A DNA stretch of 32,000 nucleotides from Horticoccus luteus (GCF_019464535.1 NZ_CP080507.1:480001-512000); one strand, 5' to 3'. Shown: positions 8,120 to 18,427, counted from the first letter of the stretch. Made by a program: numbers and translations. Notes: generated by a model not told the origin, from the letters alone.

Positions 8120-8794
8120 ATGAGTGCGCAACCGATCCTGAAAGTCCAGCGGCTGACGAAGACGTATCGCACGGCCGCGGGGCCGTTGACGGTGTTGCAT
8201 GAGGTCTCGTTTGAGTTGGAAGCGGGCGCGAGTCTCGCCGTGGTCGGCCCGAGCGGCAGCGGAAAGACCACGCTGCTGGGGTTGTGCGCGGGACTCGATG
8301 GCGCTACGACCGGGAGCGTGGCACTCGCAGGCGAGGCGCTGGAGCCATTGAACGAGGACGGACGGGCGCGGGTGCGGAATGAGCATGTGGGTTTCGTGTT
8401 TCAGAATTTCCAACTGATCCCGACGCTGACGGCGCGGGAAAATGTGCTCGTGCCGCTCGAGTTGCGCGGAGAAGGAGGGCGCGAGGCGGAGGCGCAGGCG
8501 TTGCTGACGCGCGTGGGTCTCGGGGAGCGCGGGGATCATTATCCGGTGCAGCTTTCGGGCGGGGAACAGCAGCGGGTGGCGCTGGCGCGGGCGTTCATCA
8601 ACCGGCCGAAGATTCTGTTTTGCGATGAGCCGACGGGCAACCTCGATGCGGAGACGGCGCACGCGATGGTGGAGCTGATTTTTGGACTCAACCGCGAGCG
8701 GGGCACGACGCTGGTGCTGGTGACGCACGATCCCGAGCTGGCGAAATTATGCGGTCGCGTGCTGCGGTTGCGCGGCGGCGCGGTGGTGGCATGA
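8120..8794 (+). CDS. ybbA: ABC transporter ATP-binding protein, YbbA/LolD/MacB-NBD family
   Basis: Walker A GPSGSGKTT, Q-loop FVFQNFQL, signature LSGGEQQRVALARA, Walker [16 protein letters not shown] at 8120; the track ORF starts at TTG 8114. Confidence 0.9.
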   Translation: MSAQPILKVQRLTKTYRTAAGPLTVLHEVSFELEAGASLAVVGPSGSGKTTLLGLCAGLDGATTGSVALAGEALEPLNEDGRARVRNEHVGFVFQNFQLIPTLTARENVLVPLELRGEGGREAEAQALLTRVGLGERGDHYPVQLSGGEQQRVALARAFINRPKILFCDEPTGNLDAETAHAMVELIFGLNRERGTTLVLVTHDPELAKLCGRVLRLRGGAVVA

Positions 8795-8918
8795 GGGACT
8801 ATGATTTTGGTCTCCCGCGAATCCCGCGCATAGACGCGAATACGATCTTATGAGCGAACTGATCTATCCAGAGGAGAGTTATGATCCGCGTTCATTGGCG
8901 TGATTAACGGGCGGCGGC

Positions 8919-11450
8919 ATGAATTTTATTCTCAAAATGGCGTGGCGGGATTCGCGGCGGGCACGGGGGCGGCTGGCGCTTTTTTCGTTGTCGGTTGTGC
9001 TCGGGATCGCGGCGCTCGTGGCCATCGGTTCGTTCAGCGCGAATCTGTCGCGGGGCATGGCAGAGCAGACGAAGGCGCTCCTCGGCGCGGACTTGATCGT
9101 GACGTCGCGGGTGGCGTTTACGCCGGCGGTGGAGGCTTTTCTCCAGACGCTCGGCGGCGAGGAGGCGCGTGAGGTTTCCGCCAGTTCAATGATGGTGTTT
9201 CCCACGGCGGGGGGCGCGACGCGGTTGGTGCAGGCGCGCGCGATCGAGGGCGCGTTCCCGTTTTACGGGGAGTTCGACACGGAGCCGGCGAACGCCCTGG
9301 CACGGCTGCGGCGGGGCGAGAAGGTGGTGATCCTCGAGGCCACGCTGCTGCCGCAATTTAACGTGAAGATGGGCGATCACGTGAAGCTCGGGAAAGAGAG
9401 GTTTGAAGTCGCGGGGGCGGTGACGAAAGTCGCGGGCGAAAACGCGGCGGTGGCGATGCTGGCGCCGCGGGCGTTTTTCCCGCTGGGGCGGCTGGAGGCG
9501 ACGGGCCTCGCGGGGCCGGGCAGTCTCGTGCGGCATCGCGTCATGCTCAAGCTGCCGGCGGGGCGCGATGCGGAGGCGGTCGCGCGAGAGTTGCGCGAGC
9601 GTTTTCCGGAGCAACGGTTGTCGGTCGAGACGGTCGCGATGCGTCAGCGCCAGCTGGGGCGAGCACTGACCAACATCTACGGTTTCCTGAGTCTCGTGGG
9701 TTTCATCGCGCTGTTCCTCGGTGCGATCGGAGTGGCGAGCGCGATCCATGTTTACGTGCAGCAAAAGATCACGACGGTGGCGATTTTGCGGTGTCTGGGC
9801 GCGTCGGCGCGGCAGAGTTTCGCGGTATATGTCGTGCAGGGGTGCGCGTTGGGTGCGCTCGGGGCGGTGCTCGGGGCGGCGTTGGGCATCGGGGTGCAAA
9901 GGCTGCTGCCGGGGCTCGTGCAGGACTGGCTGCCGTGGCGGATGGATTTCTTCATCGCGTGGCCGGCGGTGGGGCGGGGGATGGCGGCGGGTTTTGTGAT
10001 TTGCGTGCTGTTTGCGCTGTTGCCGCTGCTGGCGGTGCGGCGGGTTTCGCCGTTGGCGGCGTTGCGGTCGGCGTTGGCGGAGCCGGCCAAGCGGGCGCCG
10101 GATCCGTGGCGAATCACGATCGGGGTCGCGATCGGGGGCGCGGTGTGGGGTTTCGCGTTGTGGCAGACGCGGAGCATCGCGCTTGGGGTGGGATTTGCGG
10201 GGTCGCTTGCGGTGGGTTTCGGCGTGCTGTGGGGCGCGGCGCGCGGCGTGGCGTGGGCCGCGAAACGCTGGCGGCCACGCGGGTTGCCGTATGTGGTGCG
10301 CCAGGGCATCGCGAATCTGCACCGGCCCAACAACCGCACGGTGCTGCTGTTGGTATCGCTCGGGCTGGGGACGTTTCTGATGCTGACGCTTTATCTGAGT
10401 CGCACGACGTTGCTGCAGGAGTTGAAGATTTCCGGCGAAGGCGGGCAGCCGAACTTGATGTTTCTGGACGTGCAGGACGATCAAGTGGCGACGTTGCGCG
10501 AGCTGGCGGAGCGCGAAAAAATGCCGCTGCTGCGGACGGCGCCGATCGTGACAATGAAAGTGGCCGCGGTGCGGGGGCGGCCGGTGGCGGAGATGCTGAA
10601 AGACCGGACGTCGCCGGTGGCCAACTGGACGTTGCGGCGGGAGTATCGTTCGACGTATCGGGGCGAGTTGAGCGAGACGGAGAAACTCGTGGCGGGGAAA
10701 TTCAGCGGGCAGGTGGCGGCGGACGTGGCGGTGATCCCGATTTCGCTGGAGCAGGATCTGGCGAAAGACATGCACGTGAAACTCGGCGACGAGATCGAAT
10801 GGGATGTGCAAGGCGTGCCGTTGAAGACGCGGGTGACGAGCTTGCGGACGGTGGAATGGCGGCGGTTGGAGCCGAATTTCTTCGTGGTGTTTCCGCTGGG
10901 CGTGCTGGAGGGCGCGCCGAAATTCTATCTGGCGGCGGCCCATGCCGCGACGCCGGCGGATTCGGCGCGGCTGCAACAAGTGGTCGTGCACGCGCTGCCC
11001 AACGTGAGTGCGATCGATCTCGCGACGCTCGTGCAGACGCTCGACAGCATCTTCTCGAAGGTGGCGCTGGTGATCGAATTCATGGCGTTGTTCACGGTGG
11101 CCACGGGGCTCGTGGTGCTGGCGGGCGCGGTGCTGACCGGACGGTATCAACGCATTCGGGAGACGGTGCTGCTGCGGACCCTCGGGGCGTCGCAGCGGCA
11201 GCTCGGGCAAATCCAGTTGGTGGAATACGCGGCGCTCGGCGCGCTGGCGGCGATACTCGGAGGCGGGCTCGCGGTGGGGGCAAACGCGTTGCTCGCAAAG
11301 TATGTTTTCGAGACGACGGCGGCGATTTCGCCGGGTGCGCTTGCGGTGGCGGGAGTGGGCGTCGTGGTCGTGACGCTGCTGACGGGAGTGTGGTCGAGCC
11401 GCGGGCTCGCAACGCATCCGCCGCTCGAAGTCTTGCGGCAGGAAGTGTGA
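8919..11450 (+). CDS. ybbP: ABC transporter permease with duplicated FtsX/MacB-type modules, YbbP-like (843 aa)
   Basis: Starts MNFILKMAWRDSRRARGR, typical of the FtsX-family N-terminus. There are two FtsX-type TM bundles (around GFIALFLGAIGVASAIHVYVQQKITTVAILRCLGA and FTVATGLVVLAGAVLTGRYQRIRETVLLRTLGA), each preceded by a large extracytoplasmic domain. The size and architecture match E. coli YbbP. Confidence 0.9.
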   Translation: MNFILKMAWRDSRRARGRLALFSLSVVLGIAALVAIGSFSANLSRGMAEQTKALLGADLIVTSRVAFTPAVEAFLQTLGGEEAREVSASSMMVFPTAGGATRLVQARAIEGAFPFYGEFDTEPANALARLRRGEKVVILEATLLPQFNVKMGDHVKLGKERFEVAGAVTKVAGENAAVAMLAPRAFFPLGRLEATGLAGPGSLVRHRVMLKLPAGRDAEAVARELRERFPEQRLSVETVAMRQRQLGRALTNIYGFLSLVGFIALFLGAIGVASAIHVYVQQKITTVAILRCLGASARQSFAVYVVQGCALGALGAVLGAALGIGVQRLLPGLVQDWLPWRMDFFIAWPAVGRGMAAGFVICVLFALLPLLAVRRVSPLAALRSALAEPAKRAPDPWRITIGVAIGGAVWGFALWQTRSIALGVGFAGSLAVGFGVLWGAARGVAWAAKRWRPRGLPYVVRQGIANLHRPNNRTVLLLVSLGLGTFLMLTLYLSRTTLLQELKISGEGGQPNLMFLDVQDDQVATLRELAEREKMPLLRTAPIVTMKVAAVRGRPVAEMLKDRTSPVANWTLRREYRSTYRGELSETEKLVAGKFSGQVAADVAVIPISLEQDLAKDMHVKLGDEIEWDVQGVPLKTRVTSLRTVEWRRLEPNFFVVFPLGVLEGAPKFYLAAAHAATPADSARLQQVVVHALPNVSAIDLATLVQTLDSIFSKVALVIEFMALFTVATGLVVLAGAVLTGRYQRIRETVLLRTLGASQRQLGQIQLVEYAALGALAAILGGGLAVGANALLAKYVFETTAAISPGALAVAGVGVVVVTLLTGVWSSRGLATHPPLEVLRQEV

Positions 11451-11501
11451 GTCCTTTACGCGGGGCGAATTGTCCGCATGGTTGCCGCTTCCTTATTTCT
11501 C

Positions 11502-11981
11502 ATGCGCCGCGTCGTCACCTTTCACTACACTCTTCGTGATCCATCGGGCCGGGTGCTCGACACCTCGGCCGGCGGCGAGCCGGTGACTTATTTGGAAGGG
11601 GCGGGGCAGGTGATCGACGGCGTGGACGAACAGTTGCGCGCCGCTGTCGCCGGGGAAAAACAACGGCTCGTGGTGCCGCCGGCGAAGGCTTACGGCGAAC
11701 GCGATCCGGAGCAGGTGCAACAGGTGCCGCGCGCACAGTTGCCGATCGACGGGGAACTGCACGTGGGCGATCAATTTCAGGCGGGCGAGGATCGTTTTGC
11801 GCCGGTGGTGACGGTGGTGCACATCGAGGATGATCGAGTGACGCTGGACGCGAACCATCCGCTGGCGGGCGTGGAGCTGACATTTGACGTCGAGGTGGTC
11901 GCGGTGCGGCGGGCGACGGAGGCGGAGTTGCAACACGGTCACGCGCACGGCGGAGACGGCGCGGCGGGTTGCGCCGAATAG
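11502..11981 (+). CDS. slyD: FKBP-type peptidyl-prolyl cis-trans isomerase, SlyD/FkpB-like
   Basis: [13 protein letters not shown]...[21 protein letters not shown]...[10 protein letters not shown]...[24 protein letters not shown] is the SlyD FKBP plus insert-in-flap pattern. It has a short His/Cys tail [13 protein letters not shown]. The track ORF starts at 11478. Confidence 0.85.
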   Translation: MRRVVTFHYTLRDPSGRVLDTSAGGEPVTYLEGAGQVIDGVDEQLRAAVAGEKQRLVVPPAKAYGERDPEQVQQVPRAQLPIDGELHVGDQFQAGEDRFAPVVTVVHIEDDRVTLDANHPLAGVELTFDVEVVAVRRATEAELQHGHAHGGDGAAGCAE

Positions 11982-12007
11982 CGGACGCGGGTGACGAATT
12001 TTATCTC

Positions 12008-12754
12008 ATGAAGATCCTCGGCATCGATATTGGCGGTTCGGCGGTCAAGGGCGCGCCGGTGGAGACGACGACGGGGCAGTTGCTCGCGGAGCGCTGCCGC
12101 GTGGCGACGCCGACGGTGTTGCCGCCTGCGGAACTGGCGGCGGTGGTGGGGGAAATCGTGGCGCATTTCCGGTGGCGCGGGCGGATCGGCATCGGTTTCC
12201 CGGGCGTGGTGCACGGGCCGCGCATCCTGACATCGGCCAATCTGCATCCGGATTTCATCGGCTGTGACGGGCGGACTTTGTTTGAGCAGGCGACGAAGCG
12301 GCCGGTGAATCTCGTGAACGATGCGGATGCCGCGGGGCTCGCGGAAGTGAAGTTTGGCGCGGGCCGCGGGCGGCCGGGCACGGTGCTGCTGCTGACGTTG
12401 GGGACGGGAATCGGGTCGGCGTTGTTTTGTGGCGGCGCGCTTTACCAGAACAGTGAGCTGGGGCATCTGCCATGGACGCGCGGGAAGTCGGCGGAGAAAT
12501 TCATGTCGGGCGCGGCCCGCAAGGATCTCAATTTGGACTGGGAGGAGTGGGCGGGGCGGCTGAGCGACTATCTGGGTGTTTTGGAGCGGATCCTCTGGCC
12601 GGAGTTGATCATCATCGGCGGCGGCGTGAGCGCGAAGCACCGGAAGTATTTTCATTTTTTGAAAACGCGCGCGAAGGTGGTGCCCGCGGAGTTTTTGAAC
12701 GAAGCTGGAATCGTGGGCGCGGCGTTGTGGGCGGAGGGCCAGCGCGGAGCGTGA
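12008..12754 (+). CDS. ppgK: ROK family sugar kinase, polyphosphate/ATP glucokinase-like
   Basis: N-terminal [19 protein letters not shown] (ATPase phosphate-1 motif), [27 protein letters not shown]. The size of ~248 aa is typical of PpgK-type ROK kinases. The track ORF starts at 11969. Confidence 0.8.
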   Translation: MKILGIDIGGSAVKGAPVETTTGQLLAERCRVATPTVLPPAELAAVVGEIVAHFRWRGRIGIGFPGVVHGPRILTSANLHPDFIGCDGRTLFEQATKRPVNLVNDADAAGLAEVKFGAGRGRPGTVLLLTLGTGIGSALFCGGALYQNSELGHLPWTRGKSAEKFMSGAARKDLNLDWEEWAGRLSDYLGVLERILWPELIIIGGGVSAKHRKYFHFLKTRAKVVPAEFLNEAGIVGAALWAEGQRGA

Positions 12755-12890
12755 GCGGAAGCAGGTCGGCCAGCCGCGGCTCGTCGCACGGGAAGGGCGC
12801 TTCGTCGCCGCGGGAGACGGGTTCATCGCATAAGCGGGTAATGCGCTTGAGTCGGCCGGGGGCGGCGGCGATGAAGCACGGACGCGCGCC

Positions 12891-13958
12891 GTGCAAAACC
12901 GTTGGATAAAGTATTCGCTGCTGCTGGTGGGATGGGGGTTGGTGGGGTTGCTGCTTTCGACCGAGGTTTACTTCAATCTTCTGGTCGAAACGCCGCATGT
13001 CGACGCGGTGGGCGCGGCGGCGATCCCGCAATTTGGCCGGGCGGTGATGTGGGCTTTACTGGCACCACTGATCCTGCAGATGCGGGTGAGGATGCCGCTG
13101 AGTCGCGGGCACTGGGCGGGAGGCGTGGCGTTTCACTTGGCGATGAGCGCGACGGTCATGCTGGTGTTTTATCTGGGGCGCATTTTTGCGATCAGCGTAT
13201 TCTGGGCCGAGGATTTCTGGCCCACAGCGTTGCACAGTTTCTATGGGCGCAACCTGATCGACATGGCCTATTACTGGCTCGTGCTGGCGTTCGGCTATAG
13301 CTGGGAAATTCACCAGAAATACAAGAGCGAGGAACTGCGTGCCGCGCAGTTGGAGACGCGGTTGATCGAGACCGAACTGAAGGCGCTGCGGGAGCAACTG
13401 CACCCGCACTTTCTCTTCAATACGATGAACACGATCGCCGTGCTCATCCGGGAAGGGCGGCACGACGAGGCGGTGACGTTGCTGGCGCGGCTGAGTTCGC
13501 TGCTGCGGTTGTCGCTCGAGGCGACGCGCACTCCGGAGACGACGTTGCAACAGGAGTTGGATTTCCTCGACCGCTACATCGAGATCCAAAAGGCGCGTTT
13601 CTCGGACCGCTTGCTGGTCGATTTGGCGGTGGAGCCGGTGGCGCTCGCGGCCCGGATTCCGAATTTGATTCTACAGCCGCTGGTCGAGAACGCGATTTTG
13701 CACGGCGTGGCCGCCAAGAGCGGGCCCGGGCGCGTGCGGATCGGCGGCCGGGTGACGGGTGACCGGCTGCACCTGACGGTCGAGGACGACGGCCCGGGAA
13801 TCGCCGATGCGGAACGAGGACGCACGAGGGAGGGCGTCGGCCTCAGCAACACCCGCGACCGGCTGATAAAAACCTACGGCGTGCGGGCCCAGCTCACGGT
13901 GCGGAGCGAACCGGGTCACGGGGTGAGGGTGCACATCGTCATGCCTTTTCGCTCATGA
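12891..13958 (+). CDS. LytS/YehU-family sensor histidine kinase (membrane domain + His_kinase + HATPase_c)
   Basis: Several N-terminal TM helices. His_kinase motif LREQLHPHFLFNTMNTIAVLI. ATPase boxes LQPLVENAILHG, VEDDGPGI, GVGLSNTRDRL. GTG start. The stop overlaps the next gene as ATGA. Confidence 0.9.
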   Translation: MQNRWIKYSLLLVGWGLVGLLLSTEVYFNLLVETPHVDAVGAAAIPQFGRAVMWALLAPLILQMRVRMPLSRGHWAGGVAFHLAMSATVMLVFYLGRIFAISVFWAEDFWPTALHSFYGRNLIDMAYYWLVLAFGYSWEIHQKYKSEELRAAQLETRLIETELKALREQLHPHFLFNTMNTIAVLIREGRHDEAVTLLARLSSLLRLSLEATRTPETTLQQELDFLDRYIEIQKARFSDRLLVDLAVEPVALAARIPNLILQPLVENAILHGVAAKSGPGRVRIGGRVTGDRLHLTVEDDGPGIADAERGRTREGVGLSNTRDRLIKTYGVRAQLTVRSEPGHGVRVHIVMPFRS

Positions 13959-14764
13959 AAACACATGCTCCGCTCCCTCGGTCCCGCCTGCGCGCGGTGA
14001 TCGCCGATGACGAGCCGGCCGCCCGCCGGGGCGTGCGCCTGCTCTTGGAACGCGATGGTGAGGTTGAGGTGGTGGGCGAGGCCATCGACGGTCCGGAGGC
14101 AGTGGCGCTCATTTCGGACCAGAAGCCCGATCTGGCATTTCTGGATGTGCAGATGCCGGGTGGCGATGGCTTCGAGGTGTTGCGCGCCGTGGGGGTCGCC
14201 AACGCGCCGGCGGTGATATTTGTAACGGCCTACGACGAATATGCGCTGCGGGCGTTTGAGGTGAATGCGATCGATTATCTGCTGAAGCCCTACGACGACG
14301 AACGCTTCCGGGCGGCTCTGGAGCGGGCGAAGGCGGACGTGCGGCGGCGCGAAGCGGAGGGCGTCAACGCGCGGCTCTCGCAGTTGCTGAGTTTTTTGGA
14401 GGCAGCCCGCAGCGAGGGGCCGGAGCGCACGCCTGACCGGATCCTGGTGAAGTCGGCGGGCGAGATATTTTTCCTCAAAGCCAGCGAGATCGACTGGATC
14501 GAAGCAGAAGGGGATTACATGAAGTTTCACGTCGCCGGCCGGGCGCACCTGATGCGCGAGACGATGGCGCGGCTCGAGGCGCGACTGGACGCGGAAAAAT
14601 TCATCCGCATCCATCGTTCGACGATCGTGAATGTGGACCGGTTGAGAAAGCTGACGCCGGCGTTTGGCGGGGAATACGTGGTGGTGCTGCAAGATGGCAC
14701 GAAATTGAAGTTGAGCCGCGGCTATCACGCGCGGATCGCGCCGTTGCTGAAGGAGACGCGGTAG
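13955..14764 (+). CDS. LytTR/AlgR-family response regulator
   Basis: Receiver domain (AVIADDEPAARRG..., PDLAFLDVQMPGGDG, VIFVTAYDEYA) and LytTR DNA-binding domain (IDWIEAEGDYMKFHV...FIRIHRSTIVNVDRL). 4-nt overlap with the kinase gene. Confidence 0.9.
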   Translation: MKTHAPLPRSRLRAVIADDEPAARRGVRLLLERDGEVEVVGEAIDGPEAVALISDQKPDLAFLDVQMPGGDGFEVLRAVGVANAPAVIFVTAYDEYALRAFEVNAIDYLLKPYDDERFRAALERAKADVRRREAEGVNARLSQLLSFLEAARSEGPERTPDRILVKSAGEIFFLKASEIDWIEAEGDYMKFHVAGRAHLMRETMARLEARLDAEKFIRIHRSTIVNVDRLRKLTPAFGGEYVVVLQDGTKLKLSRGYHARIAPLLKETR

Positions 14765-15022
14765 CGGTCGGCGCCGCGCGTCGGCGGACCGATCGCGAGG
14801 TTCATCGCACGCCGCGCGCGACTGGGCGCGCGAGTCAGCGGTTGGTCGTATGACACGGGGGCGAGGAGGAAAATTTGGGCGCGAATTGACGTTCATCCGG
14901 CGCAGGGGCGGCGGCGTCGGTCGCATTGGCATTGAGCGAATTTGGCGATGGCGGTTGCTCGCGCACGACAAGTCCAGTCCGCCGCCTGTCGGCGTCGGCT
15001 TTACAACTCAAACCGAACAACG

Positions 15023-15838
15023 ATGAACGACCACATGTTGGGAAGTCGCGGGAAGAACACCCCCGTGCGAGCGGCGCTCTGGTTGAGCCTGCTGACTTTG
15101 CCGGCGCTCGCCGCAACCGCCCAAGGCACCGACATCTCGGCCACTGCCGACGAACCGTTGGCGTTGGAGAAATACGTGACGACGGGCCGTTTCATTCCGT
15201 ATGCCGCGGAAGCTCCGGCGATCCCCGTGCAGGTGATCTCGAAGGCGAAGATCGAAGCGAGCGGGGAGAGCGGCGACCTGCTGGCGGTGATCCGGCGCAC
15301 GGTGCCGCAGTTTATCGGCAACGGGAATCGGGGGGCGTCGAACGCGAATATCGGCGGCGGTTCGACCAATGGCGGTTCGCAACTGCGCCCCGGGAACGTG
15401 CAGACTTTGGTTTTGATCGATGGGCGCCGGGCGGCGTTTGCGCCGGTGGCAGCGACGGGCGGGTTCACGTTTGTCGATGTGAACTCGATTCCGGTTTCCG
15501 CCGTGGAGCGGATTGAGGTCCTGAGCGATGGTGCTTCGACGGTGTATGGTTCGGACGCGGTTTCCGGAGTCGTGAACATCATTTTGAAGAAGGATTTCGC
15601 CGGAGCGGAGATCGGCGGCGGCTACCGGGGGGCGACGCAAAAGGCGCACTGGGCGGAGCGACTGGCGCGCTCGATCATGGGTGCGCGGGCCGGGCAGACG
15701 GACATCACGATGTCGGCTGAATGGGTGAAATTGGATTCGCACTTCCAAAGTGAGCGGGACTTTTCCGCGGACCACATGGGCAAGACCTCGACGTTTCCCG
15801 GGGCGGTGCAGACCGCTCCGGGCGGCCCGTCGTGTTGA
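15023..15838 (+). pseudogene. Truncated TonB-dependent receptor (signal peptide + plug domain only)
   Basis: Signal peptide (AALWLSLLTLPALAATAQG). Plug-domain motifs (LEKYVTTGRF, VLIDGRR, VERIEVLSDGASTVYGSDAVSGVVNIILKKDF). It stops after ~270 aa, whereas TBDRs need a ~500-900-aa beta-barrel. After the stop the +1 frame continues for only ~40 codons, to about 15958. No barrel-coding ORF follows before the next operon. Confidence 0.7.
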
Positions 15839-16141
15839 GGCCGGGCGTCGATGCGCCGCCGCTGCGGTTGGCAGGGTCCGTCCCGGGGTGGCAGGTGAAG
15901 CGGGCCCGGACTGAGGCGGGCTCCGCTCATCCCCCGGCGCATCCGTTTATCAAAGATTGATGTAACTTTTCGCGGGCAGGACGTGTTGTGGGTCCATGTC
16001 CGTGGTTTTTCCGTCGTCGCAAGCGCCCGTCGTCGCCTCTTCCTTCTCGCTCGCAAAGCGGGGGGCGGATCGCCGCCGCGGTGCTCGCCTGACGGGTGAA
16101 CCGGGCAATCGGTCAGTCGTTCATAGTTTGTCAGTGGTGTT

Positions 16142-16175
16142 GTGGAGGGGTCGTTGTGGGCCCCTCCACTTTTTT
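16142..16175 (+). terminator. Rho-independent terminator upstream of the macA-like operon
   Basis: Perfect 9-bp stem GTGGAGGGG (16142-16150) / CCCCTCCAC (16161-16169), a 10-nt loop, then TTTTTT (16170-16175). Confidence 0.75.
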
Positions 16176-16193
16176 GTGCCCGCGGACGACCGC

Positions 16194-16221
16194 TTGCCAT
16201 CTCTCGCCCAGTGTCCATAAC
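16194..16221 (+). promoter_or_regulatory. Candidate sigma-70-type promoter of the macA-like operon
   Basis: TTGCCA (16194-16199), 16-nt spacer, CATAAC (16216-16221), about 27 nt upstream of ATG 16248. Consensus match only, and promoter rules for this lineage are uncertain. Confidence 0.3.
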
Positions 16222-16247
16222 CGCACGTTTCCCCTTCCGATCGAATT

Positions 16248-17636
16248 ATGAATCCCGCCTCCTCTCCGAGCCCCGTCCAGCCGGTGCCGCGCCGCAAGAA
16301 ATCCCGCTCTCTTTGGTGGATCGTCGGTGCCGCCATCGTGGTCATTGGAATCGTTGCCATTGCCGTCGCCAAGCGAGGCAAGGGTGATGCCGGCGTGCCG
16401 GTGACGACGGAAAAAGCCGTGGTCAAGACGATCACGCAGCTCGTCACGGCGACCGGCAAAGTGCAGCCCGAGATCGAGGTGAAGATCTCGCCGGAAGTGG
16501 GTGGTGAGATCATCGCGATCCCCTTCAAGGAAGGTGCCCGCGTGAAGAAGGGCGATGTCTTGGTGAAAATTAAGCCGGATTATTACCAGGCGTTTGCCGA
16601 CCAGCAACAGGCGGCGCTCGTCGGCGCGAACGCCATGGCGGTGCAGACCAACGCGCAGCTCGTCAAGGCGAAGGCGGACTTCGAGCGCAGCGCGGACCTC
16701 TATAAGAAGAAACTGATTTCTGACTCTGACTACACCGTCGCGCAGACGGCGCTCGATGTGGCCCAGGCGAATGTGGATAACGCCGAGGCGCAGATTTTGA
16801 TCACCCAAGGTGTCGTCAAGCAGGCGCAAGATCAGCTCAGCAAGACGACGATTTACTCGCCGATGAATGGGACGATCAGCTCCCTCACGAGCGAGGTGGG
16901 CGAGCGCGTCATTGGCGGCGGCCAGTTTGCGGGCACCGAAATCATGCGCGTCGCCGAGCTCAGCAACATGGAAGTGCGCGTAAAGGTGAACGAGAACGAC
17001 ATCGTGAACGTGAAGATCAACGACCACGCCAACATCCAGATCGACGCCTACCCCGGGCGGCGGTTTTCCGGCGTCGTGAAGGAGATCAGCAATTCCGCCT
17101 TGAACGCAGGCGGCGGCGGTTCGGGCAGCTCGTCGCAGGCAGCGGCGACGGTGAGTGATGAGGTGACGAATTTTCTGGTGAAAATCCGCATCGCGGATCG
17201 CGACGTCCAACTGCGGCCCGGCATGAGTGCGACGGCCGACATTGAGACGCAGACGGCCCGCGATGTGGTCGCGGTGCCGATTCAGAGTGTGACCGTGCGG
17301 GCCGAAGGCGGCCTGACCTCCGACGAGTTGCAGCAAAAACGCGCGAAAGATGCGCAGGAGAAATCCGGCAACGCGCTCGAAGTAAAAGACGAGAAGGACG
17401 AAGCGCGGCGCAACCGCGATAAGCTGGAGCGCGTGGTTTTCATCCGCGAGGGCGACCATGTGAAGATGCGCAAGGTTGAAACGGGCATCGCCGACAATAC
17501 CGACATCGAGGTCAAAAGCGGGGTGAAGGCGGGCGAGGAAGTCGTCTCCGGCACTTACGCGGCGATCAGCCGGAAATTGAAGGATGGCACGAAAGTGCAC
17601 ATCGAAAAGGCCAAGAAGAACCCCGAGACGAAATAA
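16248..17636 (+). CDS. macA: Periplasmic adaptor (membrane fusion protein), HlyD/MacA family
   Basis: N-terminal TM anchor ([19 protein letters not shown]). Lipoyl/barrel motifs ([40 protein letters not shown]). A long coiled-coil hairpin. [14 protein letters not shown], and a C-terminal membrane-proximal domain. Confidence 0.9.
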   Translation: MNPASSPSPVQPVPRRKKSRSLWWIVGAAIVVIGIVAIAVAKRGKGDAGVPVTTEKAVVKTITQLVTATGKVQPEIEVKISPEVGGEIIAIPFKEGARVKKGDVLVKIKPDYYQAFADQQQAALVGANAMAVQTNAQLVKAKADFERSADLYKKKLISDSDYTVAQTALDVAQANVDNAEAQILITQGVVKQAQDQLSKTTIYSPMNGTISSLTSEVGERVIGGGQFAGTEIMRVAELSNMEVRVKVNENDIVNVKINDHANIQIDAYPGRRFSGVVKEISNSALNAGGGGSGSSSQAAATVSDEVTNFLVKIRIADRDVQLRPGMSATADIETQTARDVVAVPIQSVTVRAEGGLTSDELQQKRAKDAQEKSGNALEVKDEKDEARRNRDKLERVVFIREGDHVKMRKVETGIADNTDIEVKSGVKAGEEVVSGTYAAISRKLKDGTKVHIEKAKKNPETK

Positions 17637-17685
17637 CACCGCCGCGCCGCCGGTTCAGCCGGGCGGCGTGGGTGAGCCGTTCATC

Positions 17686-18423
17686 ATGACACCTTCCGCT
17701 CCTCCCGATACAGGATCGCGCGTGCGGCGCGATCCTGGCGCCTTGGTCATCGAGATCCGCGATGTCACAAAACTTTACAAGATGGGCGCGGAGATCATCC
17801 ACGCGCTGCGTGGCGTCTCATTGGAAATCCGCCGTAACGAATACCTCGCGATCATGGGTCCGTCGGGCTCGGGCAAGTCGACGCTCATGAACATGCTCGG
17901 TTGCCTGGATACGCCGACAGCGGGGCACTACAATTTCAACGGCCGGAACGTGGCGACGATGGTGGATGACGAGCTGGCCGACATCCGCAACCGCGAGATC
18001 GGGTTTGTCTTCCAGACATTCAATCTTCTGCCGCGGTCGGATTCGTTGCACAACGTGGAGCTGCCATTGATCTACGCGGGCGTGGCGCCGGCCGAGCGCA
18101 GGGAACGTGCGGTGCAGGCCCTCGAGCACGTCGGCCTGGGCAATCGCCTCCATCACCGGCCCAATGAACTCTCGGGTGGTCAGCGGCAGCGCGTGGCGAT
18201 CGCGCGGGCGCTGGTGAACCGGCCGTCGATCATCCTGGCTGACGAGCCGACCGGAAACCTCGATTCACGGACCGGCGTGGAAATCATGGCGTTGTTCGAG
18301 GAATTGTATGCGCAGGGCAACACGATCATCGTGGTGACGCACGAAGAGGACATCGCCCGGCATGCGCGCCGGATCGTGCGGCTGCGGGATGGGTTGATCG
18401 AGAGCGATGGCGTGGTGAGGTGA
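17686..18423 (+). CDS. ABC transporter ATP-binding protein, MacB-NBD/LolD family
   Basis: Walker [20 protein letters not shown], signature [15 protein letters not shown], Walker [14 protein letters not shown]-loop VVTHE. ATG 17686 chosen; in-frame GTG 17668 is an alternative. The track ORF starts at 17584, inside macA. Confidence 0.9.
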   Translation: MTPSAPPDTGSRVRRDPGALVIEIRDVTKLYKMGAEIIHALRGVSLEIRRNEYLAIMGPSGSGKSTLMNMLGCLDTPTAGHYNFNGRNVATMVDDELADIRNREIGFVFQTFNLLPRSDSLHNVELPLIYAGVAPAERRERAVQALEHVGLGNRLHHRPNELSGGQRQRVAIARALVNRPSIILADEPTGNLDSRTGVEIMALFEELYAQGNTIIVVTHEEDIARHARRIVRLRDGLIESDGVVR

Positions 18424-18427
18424 GGCC

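Noticed and set aside
8881-8907. 8-codon mini-ORF (MIRVHWRD) with a good SD, as a stand-alone feature
   Set aside because: Too short to support as a gene without conservation or ribosome profiling. It is kept only as a note within the tesA/ybbAP finding.
9186-11417. 743-aa minus-strand ORF and 582-aa plus-strand alternate-frame ORF (9791..11539)
   Set aside because: Both are shadow frames of the YbbP-like permease gene, with Arg/Gly/Pro-rich nonsense composition and no motifs.
14764-14800. Bulged GC hairpin after the LytTR gene (CGGTCGGCGCCG / CGGCGGACCG) as a terminator
   Set aside because: No U-tract follows and the stem has a 2-nt bulge. This is insufficient for an intrinsic terminator call.
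14765-15022. Possible cobalamin or other riboswitch upstream of the TonB-dependent receptor remnant
   Set aside because: No B12-box-like GCCACTG core or other riboswitch core motif was recognisable by eye. There are only GC-rich imperfect repeats (GCGCGCGA x2). A covariance-model scan would be needed.
16131-17639. 502-aa minus-strand ORF
   Set aside because: Antisense shadow of the MacA-like gene. It crosses the 16142-16175 terminator and the promoter region, and has no recognisable domains.
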